Of a stretch of DNA of 64,000 nucleotides, positions 26,603 to 35,834 are shown piece by piece. The stretch lies in IMG/VR virus record IMGVR_UViG_3300020577_010873, positions 9,989 through 73,988 of that record. One strand, written 5' to 3'. This stretch comes from a virus (taxonomy: Duplodnaviria > Caudoviricetes). The position numbers and the translations under genes are program-made. Position 1 is the first letter of the stretch; the number at the start of each line of letters is the position of its first letter. The notes under the pieces were generated by a model. The model worked only from the letters and a program-made list of their open reading frames with translations, had not been told where the DNA came from and ran no database searches.

Positions 26603-29600
26603 TCAGTACCTTTGGAGGAGAGCAGCACGGCAAGTGAAGTCGATGGGCTGACCCACGTTGTTCTGGAACGTCAGGTCGACCGCGTTCGACACCGTCGTAT
26701 TCAGCGTGCCAGAGACGGTTGGGTTCTCGCGGGCCGGCATTAGCGGAGTTCCGGCGACGCTGTAGTTGTAGTCCAGTCGACCTCCGACCGATACCGCGGC
26801 GGATGAGCCGGCGGTCTTGACCGTCAGATACACCACGGTGTTCCACTCCCAACCTGTCGGCTGCCACGAATCCGCGTCGTGAATGGTGAAGCTCACGGTC
26901 AGTCCACCGAATTTCGCTCGCACCACTCCGCCATCCCAGTTGGCCGGAGGAGCGGTGAACACCCCTGACGCCTCCAGCTTGTAGATCGACCCGGTGGTCA
27001 TGCTGTTCGCCGGAAGAGTCTTGCTCTCGCCCACCCGCACCGCGCTGATCACAGTCGTCTCGGCCGACGTTCCTGTGTCGACCGTCACGTCCGAGGCGGA
27101 ACCGAAGACCACTGGACTGCTGGCCCCGATGTAGAGCGTACCGCTGTTGGTTCGAAGGATGATTCCGGGGTCGGCCAGGATGTTGGTGAAGGCGAAGGTC
27201 GTGGATGGCGTGACCGGAACCCACGCCCCGTTCTGGCGACCATAGGTGATGCCGTTCGTCAGTGCGTCGGTCACGACCCACGAGCCGTTGATCCGCATCT
27301 TCTTATCCAGAATGTACCAGTCGACGGACGACACGTCGTTCTGTAGGCGCTTGGCCGTCATCCAGAAGAACGTGGGGGATCCGGAGTCGGATGGAACTTC
27401 GAAGTTGAAGTCGGTGTACCCGTGGTCCAGAAGGCCGCTGGCGGTTGAAATACCCCACCGCTTGGAAATAGCCGGAGCGTCGGCGGAGTAGAACCATAGG
27501 GTCGGTCGTCCCATGTCGGCCCTGCGGTCGATCGTGACGCCGTGGAACGTGTTCCATCCCGTCATGTCGTTGTCCGTCGTGAGCCCTGCCTTGCCGTCCA
27601 AAGCAGCCTGTAGGCCGGTGGTGTCGGCGATCACGTGCGTGTGGTTGGTGACGGACGCTCCGATTTGAGTCCGGAAGTCCGCCGCGGTCATCTTGCTGAT
27701 CGCGAACCCCGACTCGTCGATCACCAAAGGCTTGAGGTTCACGCCGGGCGTCACCACAGGAAGGTCGTAGGCGAACAGGCCAGCGGTGGAGGTCAGGCCC
27801 TCGGCACTCAAACCCTCGGTCGCGATGAGCGAATAGCTGACCGTGTCGTCCAGAACCGTCTGGAGGCCGGTGATCGCTCCAATGCCAGGGCGCGTCCAGG
27901 CGTTGTTGTACCGGACGTACCACTTACTGTCCGCCGGGGCGTCGGGGATGCCGTTGGTCGGGCTGGGTGTGCTGGGAATCGTGGTGAACGCCCCAAGGCC
28001 GTTGAGCCACGTGTTCGAGCTTCCTGCACCAGTCCCAATCCGGTTGATGTCCAAGATGCCACTGACGATGTTGCTCGCCGCGTGCGTGTGGTCTCCCGTC
28101 GCCACGTTCAGCGCCCCGGCGTAGAGCACGCCCGTCGATGTGTCGCGCTTCACCTTCTGGACGTTGTTGCTGATGGTGATGGACAGCGGTGTGTCGACGT
28201 TGAGCGCCGGAGCCTCGACTCGGAATCGGCCATCACCGATTTCCATGGTGTCCAGACCGATCGACCAAGACTTCGAGTTCCCGTTGAATGCCACGATCTT
28301 GGTGTTCAGGTTCGAGATGGTTGCAGATATAGCGTCCCCGGCGTCGAGCGAGTCGATGCGAGTGAACGCGATGGACTTCCAAGAGTTCGTCGGCTCCAGG
28401 CCGGCTTGGGTCGTCCAGTCAGGAACGACCTGGGCAGCAACGATCGAGTTCAGGTCGGCGAACGGTTGGAAGTCGAAGTACGCCTTCTCCGAACCGATGT
28501 TGCGCACGACCCGGACGTGACCAATGGGATTGCCCGTGCCAGCCGCGTACGCCCAGTTGCGCGTCATCACGATCTGCGCGTCGCTGTAGTTCATTCCGAC
28601 GTTGAACTCGGCGGAGGACGATGAGTAACCGCCTCCCGAGCCAATGGTAATCCGAGCGGAACCGCGGGTGCCGAAACCGATGGGGTTCAATTCGGCCACA
28701 CGATACCAATTCGTCGACTGCAACCCACTGACGGTTGACACGCGAGTACCGATGTCTGGAGCCGCCCATTTCCGTCCGTCGTAGAAGGCCGGAAGCTTGT
28801 CCAGCGAGTCCCAAATGGTCTGTCCGCGGTCGGGCGTGCTTACGATCTGGTCCGCGTTCTCCGAGTGCAGGTAGAGAGGGCGGTAGAGTTTGAACGCACC
28901 GCTAACGCCGCCCGACAGCATGTTCTCCCACACCACGCCGTCCGGCGCCGTCTTGTTCAGCAGCAGAGGGCTTTCGGTTTGGGTGACGTGGTTCGCCGCC
29001 AGGAACGTGTTCGTCGACTCGCTGAGATCAATGCCGCCGCGGAAATTGTGAATGCGGTTGGCCACCACCATGTTTCCGCTCAGGGCGCCAGGAGGGTAGT
29101 TCGTGGAGTAACGACCGAACCGAATGCCGCGCCCGACACCGTTCGTGGTCGATCCGTCAGGCCCGGGACTGCGGATGATGTTCCCGATGATCGTCGAGTC
29201 CGACACTGGGTTCCAAAACCAGATTCCGTACTGCACTGCCTCCAGGGTGTTGTTGATGATCGACATGCCCTGACTCATGAAGCAGGAGATTCCGATCGTC
29301 CCGAAACCACTGGTGCCGGACGTGGTGCCGTTCAACCCCCAGTTGGTGGACAGCAGGAACTCGTTGCCGGAGATAAGGCAGTTCGCCGCCTCGACCGTGG
29401 TGTCGATGAAGTGGCGGATACGTCCACCGTTGAACTTGTTTCCGATCACGCGGTGGTTTCGGCCGTACAAGCTGATGCACGAATACTGCTCCATCACCCC
29501 CGACACATCCACCCAGCCGGTGTTCTGCACCGACCCGTTGAAGCTGTTGGTGAAGGTGTTCCCGATGAACAGCCCACCCGAACCGCTGGCCTTGATGCAC

Positions 29601-30568
29601 CGCTTGCCGATGTCTTCGAAGAAGCAATGGCTGACCTCGACGTTCGCGTCGTCGTAGGTCCAGAGCGAATCGGTCCACCGAATTGCATCCGAGTCCTCTC
29701 CCGGCAGGATGCGCTTGAAATTGCAGTTGTGAATGAGGATCCGCTTCGGCTTACCCGGGTATGTGAATGGTAGCCGGTTGATGTAAATGCCGTGGGCGAA
29801 ACCAGTGCCGGGTGCGGGGTTCCCGATGATCCCGTCCGGCTGGGAGTAGATGTCGACGAAGTTGCAGTCCTCGATCGTCGCATGCGTGTCGCCGTGGATT
29901 GAAATGGCAATCGCCGTGATCTTGTTCGTGAACTCCTGAAGGTTGGTGAAGGTGCAGCTTTGAGCAACGAACCGCTCCACCCCATCGGCCAAGTCCACGG
30001 CGCGATGGGACGTCCGGCGCCCGTCGAACTTGATGCCCTGGATTCGCACCGAACTGCTCGCCACTTGGAGCATGTTCGTCAGCGACGCCGGGTCCTGAAG
30101 GATCGTCACTCCGTCACCGAAGATGTTCTTGGGACGGGTGACGTGGAGGTGCGTGATCAGGTTGGTCCCGCGCAACTGGAGTCCGAAGGACGGCCAGTCC
30201 AAAGCCGCCTGGATCGCAGCCGTGTCGTCCGTCACGCCATCGCCCTTCGCCCCCCACCATGCCGCGTCCTGAACTGGAGCTCTTCGGTCAGGAAACACCC
30301 ATCGCCCGCCGTCGCGGCATGGGAAGACGTTCCCGGTGTTCGTCCCATCGGTGGACGTGCGGTCCCACTCAACCAGACGGTCCTGCCCCCAATCTCCGGA
30401 CGCCTCACGTCCGCCCACGGAGTACGTGATCTTCCCAGCCGTGGCGAACGCCGTGGGCTTAAGCATCAGCAACTCGCCAAGGGTGTCGACGCGCCGCTGA
30501 GGGCCCTGGGCGTAGGAGGACAAACCGGCAAGCAGCACTGTCCAGCAAAGTATTGCCCATCGGATCAT
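26603..30568 (-). CDS. Tailspike/depolymerase (pectate-lyase-like beta-helix + fibre repeats) with signal peptide
   Basis: WWGAKGDGVTDDTAAIQAAL beta-helix entry motif and IxNCxF repeats; fibre motifs HTHVIADTTGLQAALDGKA and DAPADSKWYVRYNNAW; N-terminus MIRWAILCWTVLLAGLSSYA|Q. Confidence 0.85.
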   Translation of the reverse strand: MIRWAILCWTVLLAGLSSYAQGPQRRVDTLGELLMLKPTAFATAGKITYSVGGREASGDWGQDRLVEWDRTSTDGTNTGNVFPCRDGGRWVFPDRRAPVQDAAWWGAKGDGVTDDTAAIQAALDWPSFGLQLRGTNLITHLHVTRPKNIFGDGVTILQDPASLTNMLQVASSSVRIQGIKFDGRRTSHRAVDLADGVERFVAQSCTFTNLQEFTNKITAIAISIHGDTHATIEDCNFVDIYSQPDGIIGNPAPGTGFAHGIYINRLPFTYPGKPKRILIHNCNFKRILPGEDSDAIRWTDSLWTYDDANVEVSHCFFEDIGKRCIKASGSGGLFIGNTFTNSFNGSVQNTGWVDVSGVMEQYSCISLYGRNHRVIGNKFNGGRIRHFIDTTVEAANCLISGNEFLLSTNWGLNGTTSGTSGFGTIGISCFMSQGMSIINNTLEAVQYGIWFWNPVSDSTIIGNIIRSPGPDGSTTNGVGRGIRFGRYSTNYPPGALSGNMVVANRIHNFRGGIDLSESTNTFLAANHVTQTESPLLLNKTAPDGVVWENMLSGGVSGAFKLYRPLYLHSENADQIVSTPDRGQTIWDSLDKLPAFYDGRKWAAPDIGTRVSTVSGLQSTNWYRVAELNPIGFGTRGSARITIGSGGGYSSSSAEFNVGMNYSDAQIVMTRNWAYAAGTGNPIGHVRVVRNIGSEKAYFDFQPFADLNSIVAAQVVPDWTTQAGLEPTNSWKSIAFTRIDSLDAGDAISATISNLNTKIVAFNGNSKSWSIGLDTMEIGDGRFRVEAPALNVDTPLSITISNNVQKVKRDTSTGVLYAGALNVATGDHTHAASNIVSGILDINRIGTGAGSSNTWLNGLGAFTTIPSTPSPTNGIPDAPADSKWYVRYNNAWTRPGIGAITGLQTVLDDTVSYSLIATEGLSAEGLTSTAGLFAYDLPVVTPGVNLKPLVIDESGFAISKMTAADFRTQIGASVTNHTHVIADTTGLQAALDGKAGLTTDNDMTGWNTFHGVTIDRRADMGRPTLWFYSADAPAISKRWGISTASGLLDHGYTDFNFEVPSDSGSPTFFWMTAKRLQNDVSSVDWYILDKKMRINGSWVVTDALTNGITYGRQNGAWVPVTPSTTFAFTNILADPGIILRTNSGTLYIGASSPVVFGSASDVTVDTGTSAETTVISAVRVGESKTLPANSMTTGSIYKLEASGVFTAPPANWDGGVVRAKFGGLTVSFTIHDADSWQPTGWEWNTVVYLTVKTAGSSAAVSVGGRLDYNYSVAGTPLMPARENPTVSGTLNTTVSNAVDLTFQNNVGQPIDFTCRAALLQRY

Positions 30569-32637
30569 ACAAAACCCTCCCGCTTGTAGTGGATGCCCGC
30601 GGCGTTCACGACGTTGTCCACCCCGTCATGGACCGTCGAAGTGTCGTCCCGCTTGAAGATCGTCGTCTGCTTGCGCGAGTCGAAGGCCAGCACCCAGGCG
30701 CAGGAGACGCGGCTCTTGGTCAGGTCGGCGTAGGTTGGGAACCCGATGACCGCGCTTGCCTGATAGCTCTCCTCGCCCGATGGCGGAGGAGCGATCACAT
30801 CCGATCCACCCTCGCGCACGAACGTGCGGTAGATCACCCGCCCAAGGACGGTCATGCGGACGTCCGTCCCGTTCGGGATCACCGCAGGGTCCGTCACGGT
30901 CGACCACTCGCTGATGATACCGTCACCCGGATCCCAGTTGGTGACGCGAGCCTTCTGCCAACTCTTGGTGCTCGCCAGCATCTCATCCCGGCTTGAGAAC
31001 TCCTCGAACTGCGAGACCGTGGGCGGCGTCCCTGGAGTCGGACCGACCGGAATGCTCGGACCTAGCTCGTCCGTCTTCGTCACGGTGTCGCGGACCGTCC
31101 CGTCGGTGTCGATGAACTTCCACACCGCGCTGGTGCTCGTGGCGTCGACCATGAGGAACCCGAAGTCTGTGATTCGAACCTCCGACCCTGCCTCGGGCGT
31201 CGCCTCAAACCCGTCCTGCGGGGAACCGCCTCCGGTCCCAACGACGAAATGCAGGCGGTTCAAGAACGTCCCGCGCTCGTAGTTGTGGCTGTGGCCGGAG
31301 AGTACGGCGTTGACCTCCATGTTCGAGGCCCACCGCTGGGACACCACTCCAGGGGCGTACCGCTCGCCCGAGGTGTACGGCGCGTGATGCAGGCACAGGA
31401 ACTTCCAGCGGGCGCAGCTTCGGGCGACGATCGACTGGAGCGCCACCCACTGCGGAGCCCCGGCGAAGTTCCCATCCGTCTCCACCACGGTTCCAGCGGT
31501 GTTGATCCCGCTGTTGGCGATCACCAGCGTTACCGGACCGAGTTCGACAGAGAAGTATCGTCCGTTCCCGGGGTTGCCCACCGCTTCGGAGACGGTGGTC
31601 AGGCCAAGGTCCAAGTCGTGATTCCCCAGGGCCACGACCAGCTTGTGGGCGTCGATGAACGTCTGGTACGGAGCCAGCGCGGACTCGACCGTCGCCGGAC
31701 TGTATACCGCGTCCCCCAGGAGAACCACGTAGTCCGGGTTCTGCGCGATCACCGCAGCCGCAACCGCCTGGGCGCCGGCATTGGCCGTCCCGGTGTCTCC
31801 GACGAAGCAGATGCGAGTGGACGTTCGAACCTCCGGGGCGTCCGCCGGAGGATTGGCCGTGAAGTTGATCTCCGCCGCCGCGGCTTCAGAATCGTCCGGA
31901 ATGTCGCCGTTGATCTGGTTCTCGCGGTCGCACGCGATGATCTGCTCAGCGTGTTCCTCTCGGAAACTCCGCTCCCGCGTCTGGAGATCGGGCGATGCGA
32001 AGTCCCGGCCGTACTCCATGGTCAGCCAGAGTCGGATCAGCCGCTTGAACGCCGGGTCATCCGGAACGAGGTCGGTGTCGCGCCACTCCTTTTTGATGCC
32101 CCGCCACTCCACAACCAGCTTCTCGGTCGACTGCAACCACGGACCGACGATGAGCCGTTGGGTGTGCGGGTCGATGGAGTAGACTCCGCCGCCGGCACGC
32201 CCACCCGGACTGTCGAGCGTCGCCGACGGCTGAATGAAACCCTGGTCTCCCGAAGTGATGTTGTTGTTCCGGTAGACCCATCGGGCGTTGCGCCGGAACT
32301 TCGCCATCCACCTACGGAGCGTCGGCAGCGTGACCGGCGTGTACGGGACAGCCGCGTCCCACCCGCCGGCCTCTGACCCAATGGTGTAGACCCGCAGGAT
32401 CTCTCCCGCGGGCTTGGTCAGAACGCTCGCCCCGTTCTGGAACATGAGCGAGCACGATGGGTAGACGTCAATATGCCGCTGCTGGTAGCAGGGGATGTGA
32501 CGCTGGAGCACGAACATGCCTTCGGCCAGACGGTCGGCCAAAAGCGTCAGCAGATTCTCAGGTGGACCCTGGGGAAATGCCGAGCCAGTGGCGTCGGTCG
32601 TCCCGATCACCGAGGCTTTGAGTTCGGCGAAGTTCAT
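30565..32637 (-). CDS. Putative head-tail adaptor fused to a purple-acid-phosphatase-type metallophosphoesterase and two tailspike-type modules
   Basis: Phosphatase motifs GDTG, GDAVY, GNHD, HH, GHSHNYER (31070-31820). The N-terminal ~250 aa are adaptor-like by position and pattern (weaker). Confidence 0.75.
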   Translation of the reverse strand: MNFAELKASVIGTTDATGSAFPQGPPENLLTLLADRLAEGMFVLQRHIPCYQQRHIDVYPSCSLMFQNGASVLTKPAGEILRVYTIGSEAGGWDAAVPYTPVTLPTLRRWMAKFRRNARWVYRNNNITSGDQGFIQPSATLDSPGGRAGGGVYSIDPHTQRLIVGPWLQSTEKLVVEWRGIKKEWRDTDLVPDDPAFKRLIRLWLTMEYGRDFASPDLQTRERSFREEHAEQIIACDRENQINGDIPDDSEAAAAEINFTANPPADAPEVRTSTRICFVGDTGTANAGAQAVAAAVIAQNPDYVVLLGDAVYSPATVESALAPYQTFIDAHKLVVALGNHDLDLGLTTVSEAVGNPGNGRYFSVELGPVTLVIANSGINTAGTVVETDGNFAGAPQWVALQSIVARSCARWKFLCLHHAPYTSGERYAPGVVSQRWASNMEVNAVLSGHSHNYERGTFLNRLHFVVGTGGGSPQDGFEATPEAGSEVRITDFGFLMVDATSTSAVWKFIDTDGTVRDTVTKTDELGPSIPVGPTPGTPPTVSQFEEFSSRDEMLASTKSWQKARVTNWDPGDGIISEWSTVTDPAVIPNGTDVRMTVLGRVIYRTFVREGGSDVIAPPPSGEESYQASAVIGFPTYADLTKSRVSCAWVLAFDSRKQTTIFKRDDTSTVHDGVDNVVNAAGIHYKREGFV

Positions 32638-33081
32638 TCACGGCTGGGCGCCGGAGCGCCGACGAAGGGGAGGCGCAGCGGATTGATCCGCGGGAGTAGC
32701 CGCAGGAGCGGGTGGAGCATCAGCCGCCGCAGCAGGAGCCGCGGGTTCGGACGATTGTTGGGGCGCTGGTGTGAGCCGGGGGGCGTGCAATGTATCGGAA
32801 GCTGTGGTCGGACCCCCCAGGGACTCCCGCGTCTTGGGAACCCACCGACCCACCCTTTTTTCGAGGTCTCCGTATTCCGCTTCACCGATGGCAGTGATCT
32901 CGCCGCCGATGTGCTCTTTGATGCAGGTCTCCAGGCAGGCGATGTGCAGCGCCTCCTCGGCCTTCGCCTCGTCCAACGCGAGGATGCCGATGGCGTCGCC
33001 GATGCGCTGCCACTTCAGCGTCTTGCACGACTTCGAACAGTACGGACGAATGTCTGGGGTCTTGGTCTGAAAATACTTCAT
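32638..33081 (-). CDS. Hypothetical head-module protein with Pro/Ala-rich tail
   Basis: Start re-assigned to ATG 33081 (MKYFQTKTP); abuts the adaptor start. Confidence 0.6.
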   Translation of the reverse strand: MKYFQTKTPDIRPYCSKSCKTLKWQRIGDAIGILALDEAKAEEALHIACLETCIKEHIGGEITAIGEAEYGDLEKRVGRWVPKTRESLGGPTTASDTLHAPRLTPAPQQSSEPAAPAAAADAPPAPAATPADQSAAPPLRRRSGAQP

Positions 33082-33109
33082 GGCTCGGGTGTTGAGGTTA
33101 TGGGAAGGA

Positions 33110-33139
33110 CGCACCTCCGGCGGTTAAACCGGAGGTGCG
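33110..33139 (-). terminator. Hairpin after the capsid and next gene
   Basis: 11-bp stem CGCACCTCCGG/CCGGAGGTGCG with an 8-nt loop; weak U-tract. Confidence 0.55.
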
Positions 33140-33153
33140 CAAGACCGATGGCC

Positions 33154-33675
33154 TTACGGGTACGAGGTGTAGGGCCAAGTCAGCGCCCAAGGCTGCTTGC
33201 CCGCCACCCGAACCGTGAGGTTGGTGACGTAGTTCGTGGCGCTCGACGTGTACCCACCGAACAGCAGGTAGGCCGCACCACCCGTGTTGATGTTGGTTCC
33301 CCATGCCCGCGGAGATGTTCCACTGAATGTCAGAACAAGCGTGGTAAACGCCGTGGTCTCCGCCGTAACACCGTCGATCGAGCGGTAGACCGGAACGCTG
33401 AGCGTGGCAGCCGCCGGGTTGGTGTACATCAGGGCCGCGCCGATCTGGACGTACACGTCGGTGTGGCGACTGACGTCCACGAACTCGGTGTTGTTCGACA
33501 CGCCGGTAACGCCGAACGATCCACTGATGACCGACGGAACGTTGGTCAGTGTGATCGGCGTGTAGGGCGTCAGGACGGTCTTCACGCCTCCGCGCACCTG
33601 GGGGATGCACAGAGCGAGCAGAGCCAGCACGCCCAGGAGCAGCCCTCCGATCTTGAAACGAGTCTTCGTATTCAT
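33154..33675 (-). CDS. Beta-rich protein with hydrophobic N-terminal leader (possible capsid decoration protein)
   Basis: Immediately downstream of the capsid gene; MNTKTRFKIGGLLLGVLALLALCIPQVRG leader. Confidence 0.6.
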   Translation of the reverse strand: MNTKTRFKIGGLLLGVLALLALCIPQVRGGVKTVLTPYTPITLTNVPSVISGSFGVTGVSNNTEFVDVSRHTDVYVQIGAALMYTNPAAATLSVPVYRSIDGVTAETTAFTTLVLTFSGTSPRAWGTNINTGGAAYLLFGGYTSSATNYVTNLTVRVAGKQPWALTWPYTSYP

Positions 33676-33717
33676 GGTGATGGTTTTCTGGTGATTGCGA
33701 TTGCTGGTTCAGTCGGG

Positions 33718-35484
33718 TTACGGAGCGGCCACGCCGGAGACGAGGCGCTTGTAGTTGCCGATGACGATGGAGTTCAGAGGGCACTCCACGACCGCGGTGG
33801 TGATCTGCGAAGTCAGCGTCCGCTTGATCGTCGGGTTTTCCATCACGCAGGAGAACGAGGAGTCGACGCGCGACAGGTCGTTGATCTCGCCCACCGTGTA
33901 CTGCTTCCGGTTCGAACCGAGCATGCCGGGGTAGATCGACCCGCCGTTGCCCCAGTCGCACACCCACAGGTAGTTTCCGAGGGACTCCAGGCCGGAGGCG
34001 AAGGCGTTCGCGAAGTCGTCGAGAGCGGGGTCGGTGATGAAGTTCACCGTCACGCCCTGCGGCTTGTACAAGCGGAACTTGGTGTAGGGGAAGCCCCACT
34101 CGTTCTGCCCGAACTCAGGCTGATTGATGCGGACGATGTCGCCCGTGATGTCCTTCGAGTAGGCGACGAACGCACGCTGGAACTCCAGGGCGGCGTTGGA
34201 CGTGCCCCACACGTCGACCTCGGCCGCGTTCTTGCCCTGACCTTTGCGGGCTCGGACGATGTCGTAGATCGTGTTTTCGAGGAACGTGTTGATCGGGAAG
34301 TCCTGATTCGCCACGTCCGTGAACCGGCCGCAGTCCTTCAGTTGCGGCAGCACGCCGATCATGTTCGCCCGGTAGAACATGGCCTGACCGCCAGTACCGG
34401 GATCTACCGAGGCACCAGAGAGTGACGTGATCGCGTCGAGCGAACCCCAGTTGTCGAGGTTCTGCTTGTTCGAGATGCGCTCGCCAAAGAGGAAGGCGTG
34501 GATCCACTCCGCCCGCTGGCGCACCTCGTCCTGCCGGTTGCGCTCCGCCTGCGGCAAGTCTTGGAAGATCTTGAAATACTCGTTGTTGGTCGCCAAGTGC
34601 TGGAACACCTTCTCGTACTCCGACCCGGTGGAGCGGGCGTTGCGGAAGAACTGATACCAGAACGGAACACGCTTCTCCGTGTTCACGTTGATCATGTTCC
34701 GGCACCACTGCTCGACATCGTGAATGTTGTTGATTCCCAACAGCACGAGACCCGTGGTGGCGGTGGCGTTGGGAGGGAACGAGGCGTTGGCCAAAGTTCC
34801 GCCCTCGGACTGGGACGCCGGCTGGTCAAGCGTTACTTCCACGTCGAGCGTGACGTCCGTATTGCGGGCGGCGTACACGATCTTGAACTGAGTCAGTTGG
34901 AACGCCCCGGTGCTGGCGTTGCGGCTGATCACGTGGATGCGCTTGTCCGGAAGGAAATAGTCGGGGTGCAGGTTCATCGTCCCGGCGTAGGACGACTGGA
35001 CGGTCAAGCAGCGGTTGTTGGATCCGATGGACCGGCTGCCGGCGGTCAGACCAGGGCCGGCGGTGGCATCGCCGTAGGTCTTGGACGTGTCGAGCGGCGT
35101 GTAGGCGTCGCCCTTGACGTTGCCCGTGAGTTGCCAGTGGTTTACCTGTGTTTCCCACAGGGACTTCTGTCGACCCAAGATGTACGGGCGCACCAGGGAC
35201 GGGCCGCGATCGACCCGCTCGGGGGTAATCAGGTGGCCCATCGGCCGGGCGCTGGACATCAGCCAGTCCCACAATCCGGATCGAGGGATTCCGCACTGGG
35301 CCATCTCGATCTGGTGCTTGAAGAAAGCCTGGAACTCGTTCCACACGTCGGTCGTGGTGTTCCGGAACAGGGCCTCCATCTGAGCCGGGGACAGGCGAGA
35401 AATCTTCGCCTTCGTGACGGTCCCGACCGTGTCGTAGTTGTTTCGCGCCGCCACCTCGCACGCGGTGTAAAATCCAGATGCCAT
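33718..35484 (-). CDS. Major capsid protein (large, with insertion domain)
   Basis: 588 aa from ATG 35484; VPFWYQFFRNARSTG and GERISN patterns of HK97-fold capsids; followed by a small gene and a hairpin. Confidence 0.65.
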   Translation of the reverse strand: MASGFYTACEVAARNNYDTVGTVTKAKISRLSPAQMEALFRNTTTDVWNEFQAFFKHQIEMAQCGIPRSGLWDWLMSSARPMGHLITPERVDRGPSLVRPYILGRQKSLWETQVNHWQLTGNVKGDAYTPLDTSKTYGDATAGPGLTAGSRSIGSNNRCLTVQSSYAGTMNLHPDYFLPDKRIHVISRNASTGAFQLTQFKIVYAARNTDVTLDVEVTLDQPASQSEGGTLANASFPPNATATTGLVLLGINNIHDVEQWCRNMINVNTEKRVPFWYQFFRNARSTGSEYEKVFQHLATNNEYFKIFQDLPQAERNRQDEVRQRAEWIHAFLFGERISNKQNLDNWGSLDAITSLSGASVDPGTGGQAMFYRANMIGVLPQLKDCGRFTDVANQDFPINTFLENTIYDIVRARKGQGKNAAEVDVWGTSNAALEFQRAFVAYSKDITGDIVRINQPEFGQNEWGFPYTKFRLYKPQGVTVNFITDPALDDFANAFASGLESLGNYLWVCDWGNGGSIYPGMLGSNRKQYTVGEINDLSRVDSSFSCVMENPTIKRTLTSQITTAVVECPLNSIVIGNYKRLVSGVAAP

Positions 35485-35618
35485 AATGAAGAACAGCGTA
35501 CGCGGTACGCGTGCGGTCTCCACATGACGTTTCTTGCACCCAACGCGCATTGTATTGCGCGAAGGGCGTAAAGAGTGGCGGCTTCCTTTTGGGCGCCTAT
35601 CGTGGTTTGATTCTGCTG

Positions 35619-35834
35619 ATGAAGACTGTCCTTCCCGCGTCCGCCGCTTCCGCCCTGGGCTTGGCTGTGGTGGGCGACGAAATCGAGCTTACGGTGTCCG
35701 CGGTGAACCCCGACGGTTCGGTCGAGGTGGAGTCCTACGCCGACACTCCGGCGGAAGATGCGGCTACGTCGTCCGAGCCGCCGAAAGCGATTGGACCGGC
35801 GGACCTACCGATGCCTCCCATGACCTACGCGTAA
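35619..35834 (+). CDS. Small acidic hypothetical protein, antisense between capsid and terminase
   Basis: MKTVLPASAASALGLAVVGDEIELTVSAVNPDGSVEVE...; fills the gap; 10-bp convergent overlap with terL. Confidence 0.5.
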   Translation: MKTVLPASAASALGLAVVGDEIELTVSAVNPDGSVEVESYADTPAEDAATSSEPPKAIGPADLPMPPMTYA

